From Felis catus (lineage: Eukaryota), in contig NC_058368.1 in the NCBI RefSeq assembly GCF_018350175.1, positions 80,850,001-80,914,000 of the forward strand: a stretch of DNA of 64,000 nt, given 5' to 3'. Position numbers and translations under genes: made by a program. Below the pieces are notes generated by a model. It did no database searches. It was not told the origin of the DNA and worked only from the letters and a program-made list of their open reading frames with translations. Within the stretch, counting starts at the first letter, position 1; each line of letters starts with the position of its first letter. Positions 11,111-23,618 of the stretch are shown piece after piece.

Positions 11111-12717
11111 TGCGAATTCTGCCTATGCCTCTCACACCTGCAGCCACCCTTGCTGCCACAGTGCCTGACCGCGGAAGGTGCTGAGGTTGAAGCAGCAGCC
11201 GCGGGGTGGGCTGGGCAGTGTCACGAGGCAGCTGCATCCCTCTGTGTTCCTGTTGGAGGGCCCGGCTGTCCCCCTGCGACGTTCTCCCCGTGTCTTGTGC
11301 GCTTTGAATGTGTCCTCCCTGCTTCCTCTCTGCAGCAAATCCAGGGAGAATGGATATAGAAAGGCAGCCTCTCTCTGTTCTGGAATCATCTCTGGGGATT
11401 TAGTGTGTGCTGAGCAGCTCTGTGCCTGGCTGCGGTTTTCTCTGTGGCCTCACAGTGAACAGTGAGCGTTTCCAGAGTCTCTCGTGACCCATTTATACTT
11501 TGCAAACCATTTCAAGAACCCGTCTTTACACAGCCCCCCACTTACATACTTCTGCATGCTTTCATGACGTTTTTCCAGAAGTGAGCAGGAATTTATGAGA
11601 GTGTCTTCAGAAAATGTAGCTCCCAGATGACGTGAGCCAAATTAAGCCGCCAGCGTATGTGCGCAGTGTTGGCGGTGGGCACAGACAGAAACCACCTTGA
11701 GCCGATGTGATTGTGGCTTTGAGGTCGGGCTGTCACCTTCCTCCCAGAGACAGTCCTGGCAGTGCGGCCCAAGGAAAGCATGCGTTTCCCGAGCCCTGGG
11801 ATAATAATACACCTCCTATTTATTTGAAATAAACTAGGCATAAGAAGTGAGATTAATGATATGTCCAGTCCCAGGGTAATCACTAAAATTAGCAGAAGCA
11901 AGTTGCATAATGCAAGTGGCGAACGTCCTTTTCTCGGGTGCTCCTGGGCTGCTCTGAATGGTCGGGTAATGAGTAATGCTAGGCCTGTTAATGAGAACAA
12001 GAATGCTTAAATAGGGAGGCTGCAAGGTTCTCTGCTGATTATTATCCACTACTTATGGGTGAATGGTGTTTGGGGTTAAATGTAAGAAATGCTCTCTGCC
12101 TCTCCCTCTCTCCTCCTCCTTCCCCTCTCTCTGCTTCGTCATCAGGCATTTTATAAATAGTGCTTGGGGTCAGAGAGACTTAAAAAAAACAAACCCAACA
12201 TAACTCTCAACAGAAAATAAGGCTAGTGGTACCTCCTGGAAGAATACCCCATGTGCCAGAGGCCATGCGTGTGAGGGAAGGGAGGCTTTGTCTCTCTCCT
12301 GTCGTTAGGGCTGCAGACACCTGACCCAGGTACAGGATCGATGTGCACGCGGGCCCTGGGCCTGGCGTTTTGTTTGTCTGCAGCTTGTGTGCTCTTCAGT
12401 TGCATGTCAGACCCTCAAAATCAATTCCTGTTTGATTTTTGCAACAGCCAAATGGGCCAGCTAACAAACGACAAAGGGCCCTATTCACAGCAAAGGGATT
12501 GTTGCATTTCATGTACAATTTTGCAGGAATTTAACCAAAAAAAAAAAAAAAAGAGACAGAGAAAGGCAACCCCTAACCAAGCACATAATTTTCCTGCACC
12601 ATTCACTATCTTGTCTGATTCACTGGCCCTCCTGCGAGCTGCCCAGCAGTCCTCAGGAGGTGCTCACGCAGACGGGGCCCCAGGGTGGCATGGGCCCAGG
12701 GCCCACTGGGAGGAGTA

Positions 12718-12949
12718 TTTTTTTATTTTTTTTTAATGTTTATTTATTTTTGAGAGAGAGAGATAGCATGCACACACAAGAAGAGGAGGGGCAGAGAGAG
12801 AGAGACAGACAGACAGACAGAATGGGAAGCAGGCTCCAGGATCTGAGCTGTCAGCACAGAGCCTGATGCACGGCTCTATCCCATGAACCATGAGATCATG
12901 ACCTGGGCCAAAGTTGGACCTTTAACTGACTGAGCCACCCAGGCACCCC
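12718..12949 (-). mobile_element. Can-SINE (felid)
   Basis: T-tract, TTTATTTATTTTTGAGAGAG, (GA)n, then GAGATCATGACCTG...TGAGCCACCCAGGCACCCC. Confidence 0.95.
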
Positions 12950-13117
12950 TAGAGTGGGAGATTTTTTAAAATTAAAATTTTAATTACCTTCTAGATGTGT
13001 AGAAAAGCAAATTGGTAGGATGTCACGTTTACATTTTTCTTCAAATTCTCTCCAATCTTAATAGCATATCATATTGGTACAATACTGTCTTCTATTGGAT
13101 TTCTAAATATTTGCTAT

Positions 13118-13298
13118 CATACTGAATTTATTGTAAGGTAGATATTTTTTACATTGAAGAATTTAAAAATCAGATGCATCTCCCTCCATGGCACCTCACA
13201 GTCACAGGTGGCCACATTTTTCTCTTAGTAGTACACAAGATAATGGTGTGTCTTATGACCAGCGGGGTCCGGCATTTAAATTCAAGTATTAGTATGGA
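13118..13298. mobile_element. MER104-like Tc2 DNA transposon
   Basis: TTTTTTACATT...AAATCAGATGCATC and AGTACACAAGATAATGGTGTGTCTTA resemble the recalled MER104 consensus. Confidence 0.55.
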
Positions 13299-13501
13299 TG
13301 TTCTGACCTGTGTCCCTAAGACAAGGTTGGTACCTGCTGCTCCTCTCCTGGGGAAGCATGAGAGCCAGCTGTGAGATTTTGGTGCCACCGTCCCCAGACA
13401 GGGACAGATAAATAGCACAGAGCAGCCAGATGTATAATCACATCGAGAACAGTTAAAACACCACCAGTCCTGATTTTCTGGAATTCAGTATTACTCTACT
13501 G

Positions 13502-13503
<2 letters not shown>

Positions 13504-13544
<41 letters not shown>
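13504..13544 (+). repeat. (GT)n microsatellite
   Basis: Directly visible. Confidence 0.97.
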
Positions 13545-13545
<1 letters not shown>

Positions 13546-13689
13546 TTTTGGGGTTGTTGGTGAGTGGTAGGGTGATTTACTTTATAGGTTTCAAATCCTT
13601 TTTAAAAAGATAAACAGGTTTATCTTATTATTTTTTACTTTGATACTTTGACCAGATTCTAGTAGTTTCTGGCTTTAATGTATTAGATG

Positions 13690-14300
13690 CCTCCCTTCTC
13701 CCTTCTTTCCTCCCCTTCCTTCCTTCCTTCTTTCCTTCCCTCTAGCCTTCTTTCCTTCCTTCCTCTATCCTTCCTTCCCTCTATCCTTCCTTCCCTCTAT
13801 CCATCCATCCTTCCTTCCTTCCTTCCCTCCCTCCCTCCCTCTTTCCTTGTTTCCCTTTATCCTTCTTTCCTTCCTTCTTTCCTTCCTTCCTTCCCTCCCT
13901 CTATCCTTCCTTCCCTCTATCCTTCCTTCCTTCCGTCTCTCCTTCCTTCCTTCCTTCCTTCCTTCCTTCCTTCCTTCCTTCCTTCCCTCTAGCCTTCTTT
14001 CCTTCCTCTATCCTTCCTTCCCTCTGTCCATCCATCCTTCCTTCCTTCCTTCCCTCCCTCCCTCCCTCTTTCCTTCTTTCCCTTTATCCTTCTTTCCTTC
14101 CTTCTTTCCTTCCTTCCTTCCCTCCCTCTATCCTTCCTTCCCTCTATCCTTCCTTCCTTCCGTCTCTCCTTCCTTCCTTCCTTCCTTCCTTCCTTCCTTC
14201 CTTCCTTCCTTCCTTCCTTCCTTCCTTCCTTTTTTCCTTTTCCTTCCTTCTCCTTCCCTCTGCACTCCCTTCCCCCTTCTCCCCTCCTCCTCCCTCTCCT
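13690..14300 (+). repeat. (TTCC)n polypyrimidine repeat with a higher-order duplication
   Basis: Directly visible; landmarks TCTAGCC (13741, 13988) and CCGTCTCT (13933, 14160) recur. Confidence 0.95.
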
Positions 14301-16689
14301 GTTTAAAGCCTCACCTCTGCCAGGCCCTGGGCCCTGCTGCCACCAGGCTAGATGTTTCTGTGTGCTTGCTCCCCTTTGCCCAAGTCAGCCGCATTTTGGT
14401 TCTCTTCAGCTCACTGCACGCGATAGCCCTCTTCTGCCCCTGTTTGGTCAGGAGAAAACATGTGTTTTCCCGAGTTTTTCTTTGGAAATTGCCTGAAGCT
14501 CCTCGCTTCTCGGGAAGTCGGGGCATCCTCGCTGCTAAGTGATCATCCGGGAGGGTCTTGCCAGGTGTCCTGACTTCTAGGTCCCTCCTGGTCACGGTTG
14601 TGGCCACACAATTTCTTTGCTGTCTTGGGTACCAGACTCATCCTTACAAAAGGAACTGAGGTCCAGTTGTCTGGGGGATGGCTCAGGAGTCCTCTTGGGC
14701 TGGTGTTTTTCTCGGGGCAGAGTGAACGCTGCCCTGACCACTGGACCCCCTCCTGCTGCCATCCTGTCCTGAAGCCCCTTCCTCAGCTGGGTGGGAAGCA
14801 CAGACAGAGAAGAGCCCTGTCCTCCTCCCCTGGGCCGCAGGACAGTAGGGGTGAGGCAGGGAAAACAGGGAGTTCTCTGGTGTTTCCCCTGTGCTTCGGA
14901 TCCGCAGCCTAGATGGCTCTCCCTTAGTGGAGTCAGGGGCGACCAGGGGACCTCTGGAGACCCCTTCTTGGCCTGTGGGCGTTGGGATGCGAAGGAGCCG
15001 TTGGTGTCGGTCTGCTCTGGGCTCTCCTGCCTCCTCCCACCAGAGAAGGACCTCATGACGTCCTTTGTGAAAGGCAGTGCCACCACAGGTGGATTCCTAA
15101 GTGTGTGTGGGAGGGCGGGGTGGTGGCAGGTCCTGCCTTGGGCCTCACGGGAGCCCCCAGAGCCCTCATCTTGCGTCCCAAGTTCCCAGGTGAGTGACTC
15201 TGGAGTTGGTTTCTGCCCGATGGGCCCTTTGGCAAGCTTTCCTGCATGCCCTCTAGTGCTCCAACGTGCCTGGACAGGAGGATGGGCATCTGAGGAACTG
15301 CCACCCTTCCAGATTCACGTTCAGAACCCCCGCCAGCGACCCACCGGCTGATGCAGACTCCTGAGCTTTCTTGTGCACGACTGGCAGAAGGCAGAGACAC
15401 CTACCTGTCTGCACCCCAAGGCTTTGCTAGGCAGCTTTACTGGAGAGGGTGGGCACCGAATCCTTGCACAGTTAGTAACTGGATTCGGTGGCCTTGCCTG
15501 GCGACAGACCTCCCACACATGTGGAAATTGCTACTGTGCTTAATCCTATGTGTAGAGAAAGCTGTTTTTTAGGGAATTTGGTGCCATCGTACTTTTGGGG
15601 CTTAATTTTATGTGGGTGGAATATTAGAATTTGGTATCCGTTGGGGGACATGTTATATTTTGCAACAGGAGGAAAAATGCTATGGTAAATAACAATAAGG
15701 AGATTTGGAAGAATTTCAGCTTTTTAAAAGGGCCTTCTGTCTTCCATTCCCAAGAGAAAGAGGTTTCCTTTCTCTTTAGAATATTCAAAATCAGCATTAA
15801 GCATTAAGAGTCCTGATTTTGAACACCACTTTTCTTATTGGTATTTTCTCTCCAGAAATGGTTTAAGAGTTTCTCCTGTTAGTATTTCATTATAGACTTA
15901 ATTTCTACCGTGTCCTTAAAAATTATTAAATGAATCTATTTTTAACCTAAAGGTAAAACGCATTCATTCTCAGGTAACGTTTTACAGTATTTGGATTATT
16001 TGAAATTAGATACTGCCTTTGTTTTTATTTAAAAAAATGTACCGAAACCCTTTTAAATACAGCTGTGGCGCTAGCGTCAGTAAATATTTTACAGTGTGAA
16101 TGTTTCAGAAACTCATTTTCACTTAATGTGTCTTAGCACTGTTGTTTTCCTTCCCCCGAGAGCCAGCCCCCAGCCGCGTTTCTGGGTCTGTCATTAGCGA
16201 TGCCAGAGTCTCTGCAGCCTGGGACGGGCTGAAGGATTTTCCAGTCTGAGTTTGGTTGCATTTCTGGCTTTTGCAAATAGATGGCACTTTTGACTTACCC
16301 AAGAACAGCGCCGATCAGACCTCTGCACATGGAAAACACTCACAATGGTCTCTGTATAAGTCAGAAATGTATTTGTTACTATTCACGTGGAGGCTGGAGA
16401 TTGTAAAATTAAGCCTCTTGGAAGACAGCAGTATTGCATCTCTCTTAAATGCTAAAACCTTAAACACGACTACCCCAGGTATGAAAATTGGCGCATTTCA
16501 TTCTGTGTTTTTATGATTTTAATTATGCGTTGGTGCGTGGCGGTCTTTGATCCGGAAGAGCAAAAGAAAACGGTATTATGAAAGTTTGATTTGAAATAGC
16601 ATTGTGTGGGGCTGTGAATGTTTTTAGTGACTCATTTGTTGCAAAAGGCCCTGGTGAGTATCTTGGTTTCCTCCCCTTTTCTTCCATCC

Positions 16690-16721
16690 GCGCACACACG
16701 TGTGTGCAGGCGCACGCACGC

Positions 16722-16808
<87 letters not shown>
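16690..16808 (+). repeat. Compound microsatellite: (CGCA)-like + (CT)n + (CA)n
   Basis: Directly visible. Confidence 0.97.
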
Positions 16809-16811
<3 letters not shown>

Positions 16812-16839
16812 GAGGCTTATAGCCCCTCACGCGCACAGA

Positions 16840-17230
16840 GGGGAAAAAAATCCGGCTGTTGTCTTGCAAGTGTTACTTATCATATTAATTAAAATCTGGT
16901 GACATGATAACACCGCCAGCTGTGTGGGAAAGCGAGGGAAATTAACAAACGTTTGATTTGTTGTCTTGCTAATGTGACACTTATTATACAGGTCAGAGTA
17001 AAACAATACCTCAGCCAAAATATGCTAATGCAGCGGGGAACTGTTGCAGGGGTAAAAACAGTGGTGTTTATTATAATGAGGCAAAATAGCACGTTACCTT
17101 TAAGGGAAGAGGTGATCTTTGAATCAAGCGGCATAACCCAGTTTTTAAACATCAAGTCGTCACAAGTAAAAGGAAAATGTGTTAGAAACTTTTCCTGTAT
17201 AAGCTTTGAAAAAACAATATGAGACCTTGT
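16840..17230. promoter_or_regulatory. Putative conserved non-coding element / enhancer
   Basis: Unique AT-rich island in GC-rich surroundings with TTAATTAA (16885-16892), TGACA motifs, E-box CAGCTG and TCF/LEF-like CTTTGAA (17117-17123). Conservation is inferred, not measured. Confidence 0.45.
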
Positions 17231-19672
17231 TTAAAATAATTTGGGTTCAAAGCAAATATGTTTGCTGTCTCATTTTTTGAACTACTTTTGTTAGGGTAAG
17301 AAATGAATTCCGTAGAACATCACCATATTGCAAATGTGTTGTGTATGCTTTTGTGCTTTGTCATCATCAATTAGGTTTATAAGGATGGGAGTGGTTTAAA
17401 ATCGGGCTGTATTTGCAGAGAAATAGTGGTATTTATATTCATCTTGGGGGTTATAAATGCTGCTAAGAGTGAAAGTCAAAATTGTTTTAAAAAATAGTAT
17501 AAACAAGAGAGTGTAATCTTAAGGGAATTGGTTACCGCCACTGGGTGCCTTCCTCCGGGCTCTGCCCCACCTCCTTTGGTCTTCAGTCCTGCACACTTTC
17601 TCAGAACACTTGGCAAACTTCTGCGTGCGGTGCGGCCGCAGACAGAGCCGGGGTCTGCATGTGTGTGCGGGGAACGCATCCTGCGTTTCTTGGGTGTCAC
17701 AGCATTTGCATCTGTATGCTCCAAGATCCGAGATTTTCCCTTTTCTGAAAGGTTCTCTGCGTCCTGCTTCATCTTGGCAAGGCCTCTGCAGCCTGGACGG
17801 GATCCCTTCCCCCTGCTTCCTCCCCGTCCTCAGTTTTGCTCCTGCTCCTGAGATGGGGCGTAAAGTCGAGCATTTGTCTGGCAATCTTTGACAGCAGATT
17901 GTGTAGATTTTGCCTGAGCGTGCACTCGTCACTGGGAACTGAATTTTGAGTGAGCCACCAAGATCAAATGTCAGACGGCAGGTCAGAAGGGTGGAGGTCC
18001 CCTTCCCAGGTGTGAGCGTGGTAGAGGGGGGCCAGGACAGGTTGGGGCCCTGGGGGGGGTCAACCACAACCTGTGCAGGCTGAGCTGTGTGGAGGCTCAG
18101 AACCTCCAGCCCCCCTCGGGGCCCTGTCCTAGGGCAGCGTGACTGTGCTCTCCACCAGGTCCAGAAGCCACTGTTTGGGGGTGTGCTTTTACCTGGGAAC
18201 CTCACCTGTGCACCTCAGCACTCGCCTTTGGGTCCTAACCGTGATGAAGGTGCTTTCGAACCCGCGTCACCGTTGGTTCTGTGGGCAGAGGACAGATTGT
18301 TTCGTACTGTTCTCTCGTAACATGCCGAATGATTCCATTCAGAAAGCCAAGGTTTGAACATTAAGTCAAAACGGCAGTCCCCGAAGGCCGAGGGCTCTGG
18401 TAGGCTCTGGGCTCCACATTGTAACTTCAGAAACGCCGCGGTAACAGTTTGCTCGTGGTCCACGTATTTGAGCTGTGCTGAGAGGGACCGTTGTCGTTGA
18501 TTACGTCCATACAAATCATCACGTCTCCTACCGTGTGGGGGCAAGACGCGAGTAGGTCCAAAATATGATACTGTGTGCACACATTCTCAGTCATTAGGAG
18601 GCGGTTTGCAGTCTGCTCGGACGGACAGAGCGCCGAGAGGCTACAGCGCGTCTCCTGTTAGCCCAGCAGTCTTAATCAGGCCTGCGTGACAGAAGTGGCA
18701 TTTCGACATACAAAGACATTTAACTCCGACAAAAAAAAATACCACTGTATTTAGCTTTGAATGGATTTTTTTCTTCTTTGAAGAGCTTGTGTTTTTCTGA
18801 ACATTAAATTATTAATGAAAGAGTGAAAGCAATAAATAGGGGACGATCGTAAATGTTACGGTCGTGGCTGCCAGATCCACACTACAGAGAGAAGCAAATG
18901 TCCAGCGTTGCCGAGGTTTTGTTTCCCTCCCGTCCGGGGACGTAAGCGGAGATGCAGAGAGCAAGCTTTGTGCGAACGTCCCAGCTGGAGGGGGTCCAGA
19001 GCATACCCAGAACGTGTTTGGTGATGCTGAGAACAAAATCAATAGCACATGCCCAGAGCAGGGTTTGAATCTATTAGATAAATGCTATCCAAATGCCATT
19101 ATATATATTAAAAAAACACTTAACGTGGATGACCCATCAAGGTGTATTACTCTGTCGGGGCGTGATGATGGAACTGGAACTAGGAAACAGGACTCTCAAG
19201 CAGCATTATTAAATAGCCTCCAAGTCTGACCCCTCCTGCCCCGCCATGAAGCCAGAGACACAAACAGCTACTTGCAGTGGCCATTAGCGTAGGGCAAGCC
19301 CGCACCCAGCATCAAAACAGTATGCTTCGTTCCAGACCGTGCTAGAATTTGTTCATGTGCCTGAAAGTCAGTGGCCGATTGATATGATCGACTTCGAACA
19401 AATAATGACAAATCACCCGAAGGATGTTGAGATGTCCTTCTGTTCACCTCATGTGTGCACTTTTCTCAACGTGCCCAGCCACAGACGCCGGGAATGTTCC
19501 AGGGCCGGAAGTACAGATTCACCTTAGACAGGAAGACCCTGCATCCTGGGGCAGGTGAACACCCTGCGGCCACCAATCACAGTAGTGACCGCTGTGTTTG
19601 TGCCACTGGCCTCACCACAGGCCGGTCTGTGCTCTGAACTGAGAGAGTGTTGTCAAATGGAGTGAGTGCTCG

Positions 19673-19673
<1 letters not shown>

Positions 19674-19714
<41 letters not shown>
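19674..19714 (+). repeat. (GT)n microsatellite
   Basis: Directly visible. Confidence 0.97.
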
Positions 19715-19715
<1 letters not shown>

Positions 19716-21294
19716 TGAACATTCTCCCTGTTGGGTTATGCACCCTCCCTCAACCTCGCCAGCTGTCCCTCTCCAGCTCAACTCAATTAACTGCCGAGAA
19801 GGCCACCCCGTCCTTTCAGAGTGTTGTTCCAGGCCGCACCTTGCTTTTCCGGAGCTGGTCGGAGGAGTGAGGCTCTGAGAGCTGCTACTGGACCTCCTTC
19901 TCGTTACATTGATCTCCGTAATTGTGCTCACGTTCACTTTAATTCCTCTTTGCATAAGACCTAAAACGGCGCGTTCTCACGACACAGCAGATTCTGTGGC
20001 GGCTTTCAGTCCGCCTAGGGACTTTGGAAACTGTGATGTGCAGGATACACTATTCCCAGGCTCCTCTTGGCCCTGGGGTGGCCCTTCCCGAAGCGCGTGT
20101 CCTGGGCAGCACCGCACAGGTCCGCACTTTGCAGTGGGCAGTGCTGCCTTGATCCTGTTTAAAAATAGACATAACGTAAGAAGGAGCCATGCAGACCTCC
20201 TTTTGTGTATGAGAAACAGTAATCTCATAGAATTAATTGAGAGAGCTGTCAGTCAGCCACTCCCTTCCCCGTAAGGCACTGAGGTAAGGACACATTTCTG
20301 ACCTTCTCAGTGTTGACTTTTGTCGCCGCACCTGCCGGGTGTAACCCCCTAGCCCTTTTAGTTACAGTGAGTGTGACCCTGGTCGCCCTGCTCCTGTGCC
20401 CTGGCAACACGGCATTAGTATACTATTTATTTCCTCTAATTCTCCATAAATACTGGGGAGGGTGTGATGTAGAGAAAAGAAATTCAAAACATACCATTTG
20501 GATTTTAAGGACAGTTTTTGAAAAAGAGCAATTTCCATATATCAACACTTTTTGGTGTGATCCGTGAAACATTTTGATATGATTTAGCAAAACCAGTTTT
20601 TGCATCAGGAACGTTATAGCTACCTCATCTGCATATGTAAAGAACACAAAATGGAATCACATTAGGTATAAATTCAATGCGAAAGAGACGCCCTTCGTTA
20701 ATGCAGCGTTACGGTGGAAAATTCACATGCACAGAAGTCATGAAATTCAGTGTTCCGGCTCCGGCAGCAATTACAGCTGGGCCACATTTGCATACTTCGG
20801 CATTATATATATGCCGGGAGGTCTTCTACCTTGAGAGGCAAGCACAGGCTCTTTGCTCAGCCCCACAGTGTCTAGGAAGGGAGAACTGGTGACCGTGAAT
20901 AAATTGTGAAATGTGCTTTTTCTTGAATCACGGGCTGTGTTTCCAAACTGAAACCGAGCGTAGAGAGATCTCGTTAGAAGAAATGCCGGTGGTGGTGGTT
21001 CTGGACAGAACAGGAACACGGGAGGACGGGAGCAGCCCTGCCGCCCTGGAGAACCTGCTCAGTGCCCTTGGTTCCCAGGCCTGACCCTGGTCCCTAGAGC
21101 ACCTGCCTGGCTAATGCATTGTTGGAAACAGGTTCCGGAGGCCCCCAAGGTTGCGCTATCACCCCTAGACCAGCCCTGGAGCTGACCTGGGTGGGCATGC
21201 TCCAGATGGGGGGGGGGGAGCGCGGGGGGGGGAGCCTTCCACCCATGGCTCTCATCCCTGCTAGTGCATTTCCATTTCAGACTCTCCCCATCCT

Positions 21295-22256
21295 CCAGGC
21301 CCCTCCTCCCCCTCCTCCTCCCCCCTCCCCCCACCCCTCCTCCTCCTCCCCCTTCCTCCCCCTCCTTCCACTCCTCCTCACCCCTCCTCTCCTCCCCTTC
21401 CTCCTCCCCCTCCCCCTCCTTTCCTCCTTCTCCCCCTCCTCACCCCTCCCCCTCCTTTCCTCCTTCCCCTCCTCCTCACCCCTCCTCCCCTCCCCTCCTC
21501 TCCCTCCTCCTCACCCCTCCTCCCCTCCCCTCCTCTCCCTCCTCCTCACCCCTCTCCCTCCCCCTCCTTCCCTTCTCCCCCTCTTCTTCCTACCCCCTCC
21601 CCCCTCCTCCTCCTCACCTTTCCTGCCCCTTCTCCTCCCCATTCCTCCCCCTTTTCCCCCTCCTCCTCACCCCTCTCCCTACCCCCTCCCCCCTCCTCCT
21701 CCTCACCTTTCCTGCCCCTTCTCCTCCCCATTCCTCCCCCTTTTCCCCCTCCTCCTCACCCCTCCCCCACTCCTCCTCCTCTTCACCCTTCCTGCCCCTT
21801 CTCCTCCACCTTCCTCCCCCTCTTTCCCCTCCTCCTCACCCCTCCTCTCCTTCCCTCCTCCCCTTCCTACTCACCCCTCCCCCTCCTTCCCTTCTCTTCC
21901 TCCTCCTCACCCCTCCCCTCCTTCTCCCACCCCTCCTCCTGATCTTTCTAGTCCCTCTTCCTCCTCTTCCTCACCCTCTTCCCCTCCTTACCCTCTTTCT
22001 CATTCCTCCTCAACCTTCCTGACCCCCTTCCTGCCCCTCCTGCCCCACCTCCTCACCCTTCCTCCCTTTCTTCCTTATTCCTCCTCCCCCTCACCTCTCC
22101 CCTTCTCACTCCCCTCCTCACCCCTCCTCCTGCCCCACCTGCCCCTTCTCTTCCCCCCTCCCCCTCCTCCTTTCCTCTTCCTGCCCCTCCTGCCCCTCCT
22201 TCCCCCTCCCCCCTCTCCTCCCCCCTCCTCTGTCTTCCTGCTCCTCCCCCATCTTC

Positions 22257-22290
<34 letters not shown>
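21295..22290 (+). repeat. About 1 kb C/T-rich low-complexity tract ending in (CAT)n
   Basis: Directly visible; includes an 89-bp internal tandem duplication starting at 21590 and 21679. Confidence 0.95.
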
Positions 22291-22291
<1 letters not shown>

Positions 22292-23303
22292 CTGGGATGG
22301 TGCTTTCTGAGAACATTGCTAAAGTCGTCCTTTCACTGGATCTCTGCTCCAACTCCGTGGGGACCAGAAGGAGTTCCCACTCTCACTGAAGGACTGCCTT
22401 ACCCAAGGTCAGGGCTGAAGCAGCCTTGACTCCTGGAGTTCTGGCTCCAAGCGTCTCTGCATCCCTGGCAGCCTTTGGCCTCCTGCTTGCAGGCGGCAGC
22501 AAACAGAAACTGTTTTGTGGAGGTGGAAGCTGGATGGCTCCCAGCAGCTTTTGGTGGAGGCGTGGTGAGGGAGCTGCAGGGTTTGAATACCTGTCACGTG
22601 CGGGCTTGAGCCCAGACATCCAAGGAGCCGCGTGACCTCCCTGGAGACTCCCATCCTCTTGTCCAATTTCCCTGGGGGGCCAAGAGCTGGGTTCCTGGGG
22701 CCAGAGAGCCCTGCGACCTCAGGGTGGGTGCTCTGAGCAGTTCTTTCCCTCTGAGGAAACAAGCTCCCCGTTAGTAGGCTGAGGGCACAGGTAGGCATCA
22801 GAGGGTGATGCAGGGTTGACCTCATTTCCTGCGTACCTGCCTTCTGCTCACACCTAGTGGAGCCGGCAGCTACGGGATCCGTCGCCCCCTCCCCGCATCC
22901 CCTGTGTTCCGGCCGGTCCTCGAGGCCACTCGGTCCTTGCTGGTTCCAGGCCCCAAATCCGGAAGCGCGTGGGGACTTCTTATTGCCCAGCGTATACGCA
23001 GCTGCTCTTTCAGATGCGTCTGAGCCCACCTCACAGGCACACCTGCCCGTGCTGACTGTGGTGTTCTGCCACAGTGACTCTGATGCACTGCTGTGCCACC
23101 AGAGTTCTCCCTCCAGGCCAGGGAGGTCACGGTCCGAAGGGTCAGAAAGCCCCGACATACCCCCAAGTCAGTAGCTGACGGGTAAGAAGATGTGATGCCT
23201 GGTACTGCAGTTCCAAGACATTGGACCCAGTTGTCCCCTAGCCCGTGGTGATCTCCGCGACCTTTGCAGCCACCAAAAACATTATTTTAAAAAGTATGTG
23301 CCA

Positions 23304-23618
23304 GGGCACCTGGGTGGTTCAGTTGGCCGAGCATTGGACTCCTGTTTCCAGCTCAGGTGGTAATGTCACAGTTTGTGAGTTCAAGCCCCGTGTCAGGCAC
23401 AGAGCTTACTTTAGGGGCACCTGGGGGCTCAGTCAGTTAGGCATCTGACTCTTGATTTCGGCTCAGGTCATGATCTCACAGTTCATGGGATTGAGCCCTG
23501 TGTCAGGCTTTGTGCTGACAGCAGGGAGCCTGCTTGGGATTCTCTCTCTCCTTCTCTCTGCCCTTCCCCCACTTGTTCTCACTCTAAATAAATAAATAGA
23601 TAAACAGTAAAAAAAAAA
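23304..23618 (+). mobile_element. Dimeric Can-SINE (short head monomer + full monomer)
   Basis: Two GGGCACCTGGG starts (about 23304 and 23415); one TSD AAAAAGTATGTGC at 23289-23301 and 23619-23631. Confidence 0.85.

Noticed and set aside
13687..14542. LPSF-repeat ORFs resembling hydrophobic proteins
   Set aside because: They are translations of (TTCC)n.
21119..22429. 436-aa Pro/Ser/Leu-rich ORF with a poly-His stretch
   Set aside because: It is a translation of a C/T-only low-complexity tract and a (CAT)n repeat, which lack stop codons by composition; no evidence of a real gene.
23014..23186. Possible exon between CTCTTTCAG and GGGTAAG
   Set aside because: Splice-like signals occur often by chance, the listed ORF stops before the donor, and no recognisable protein results.
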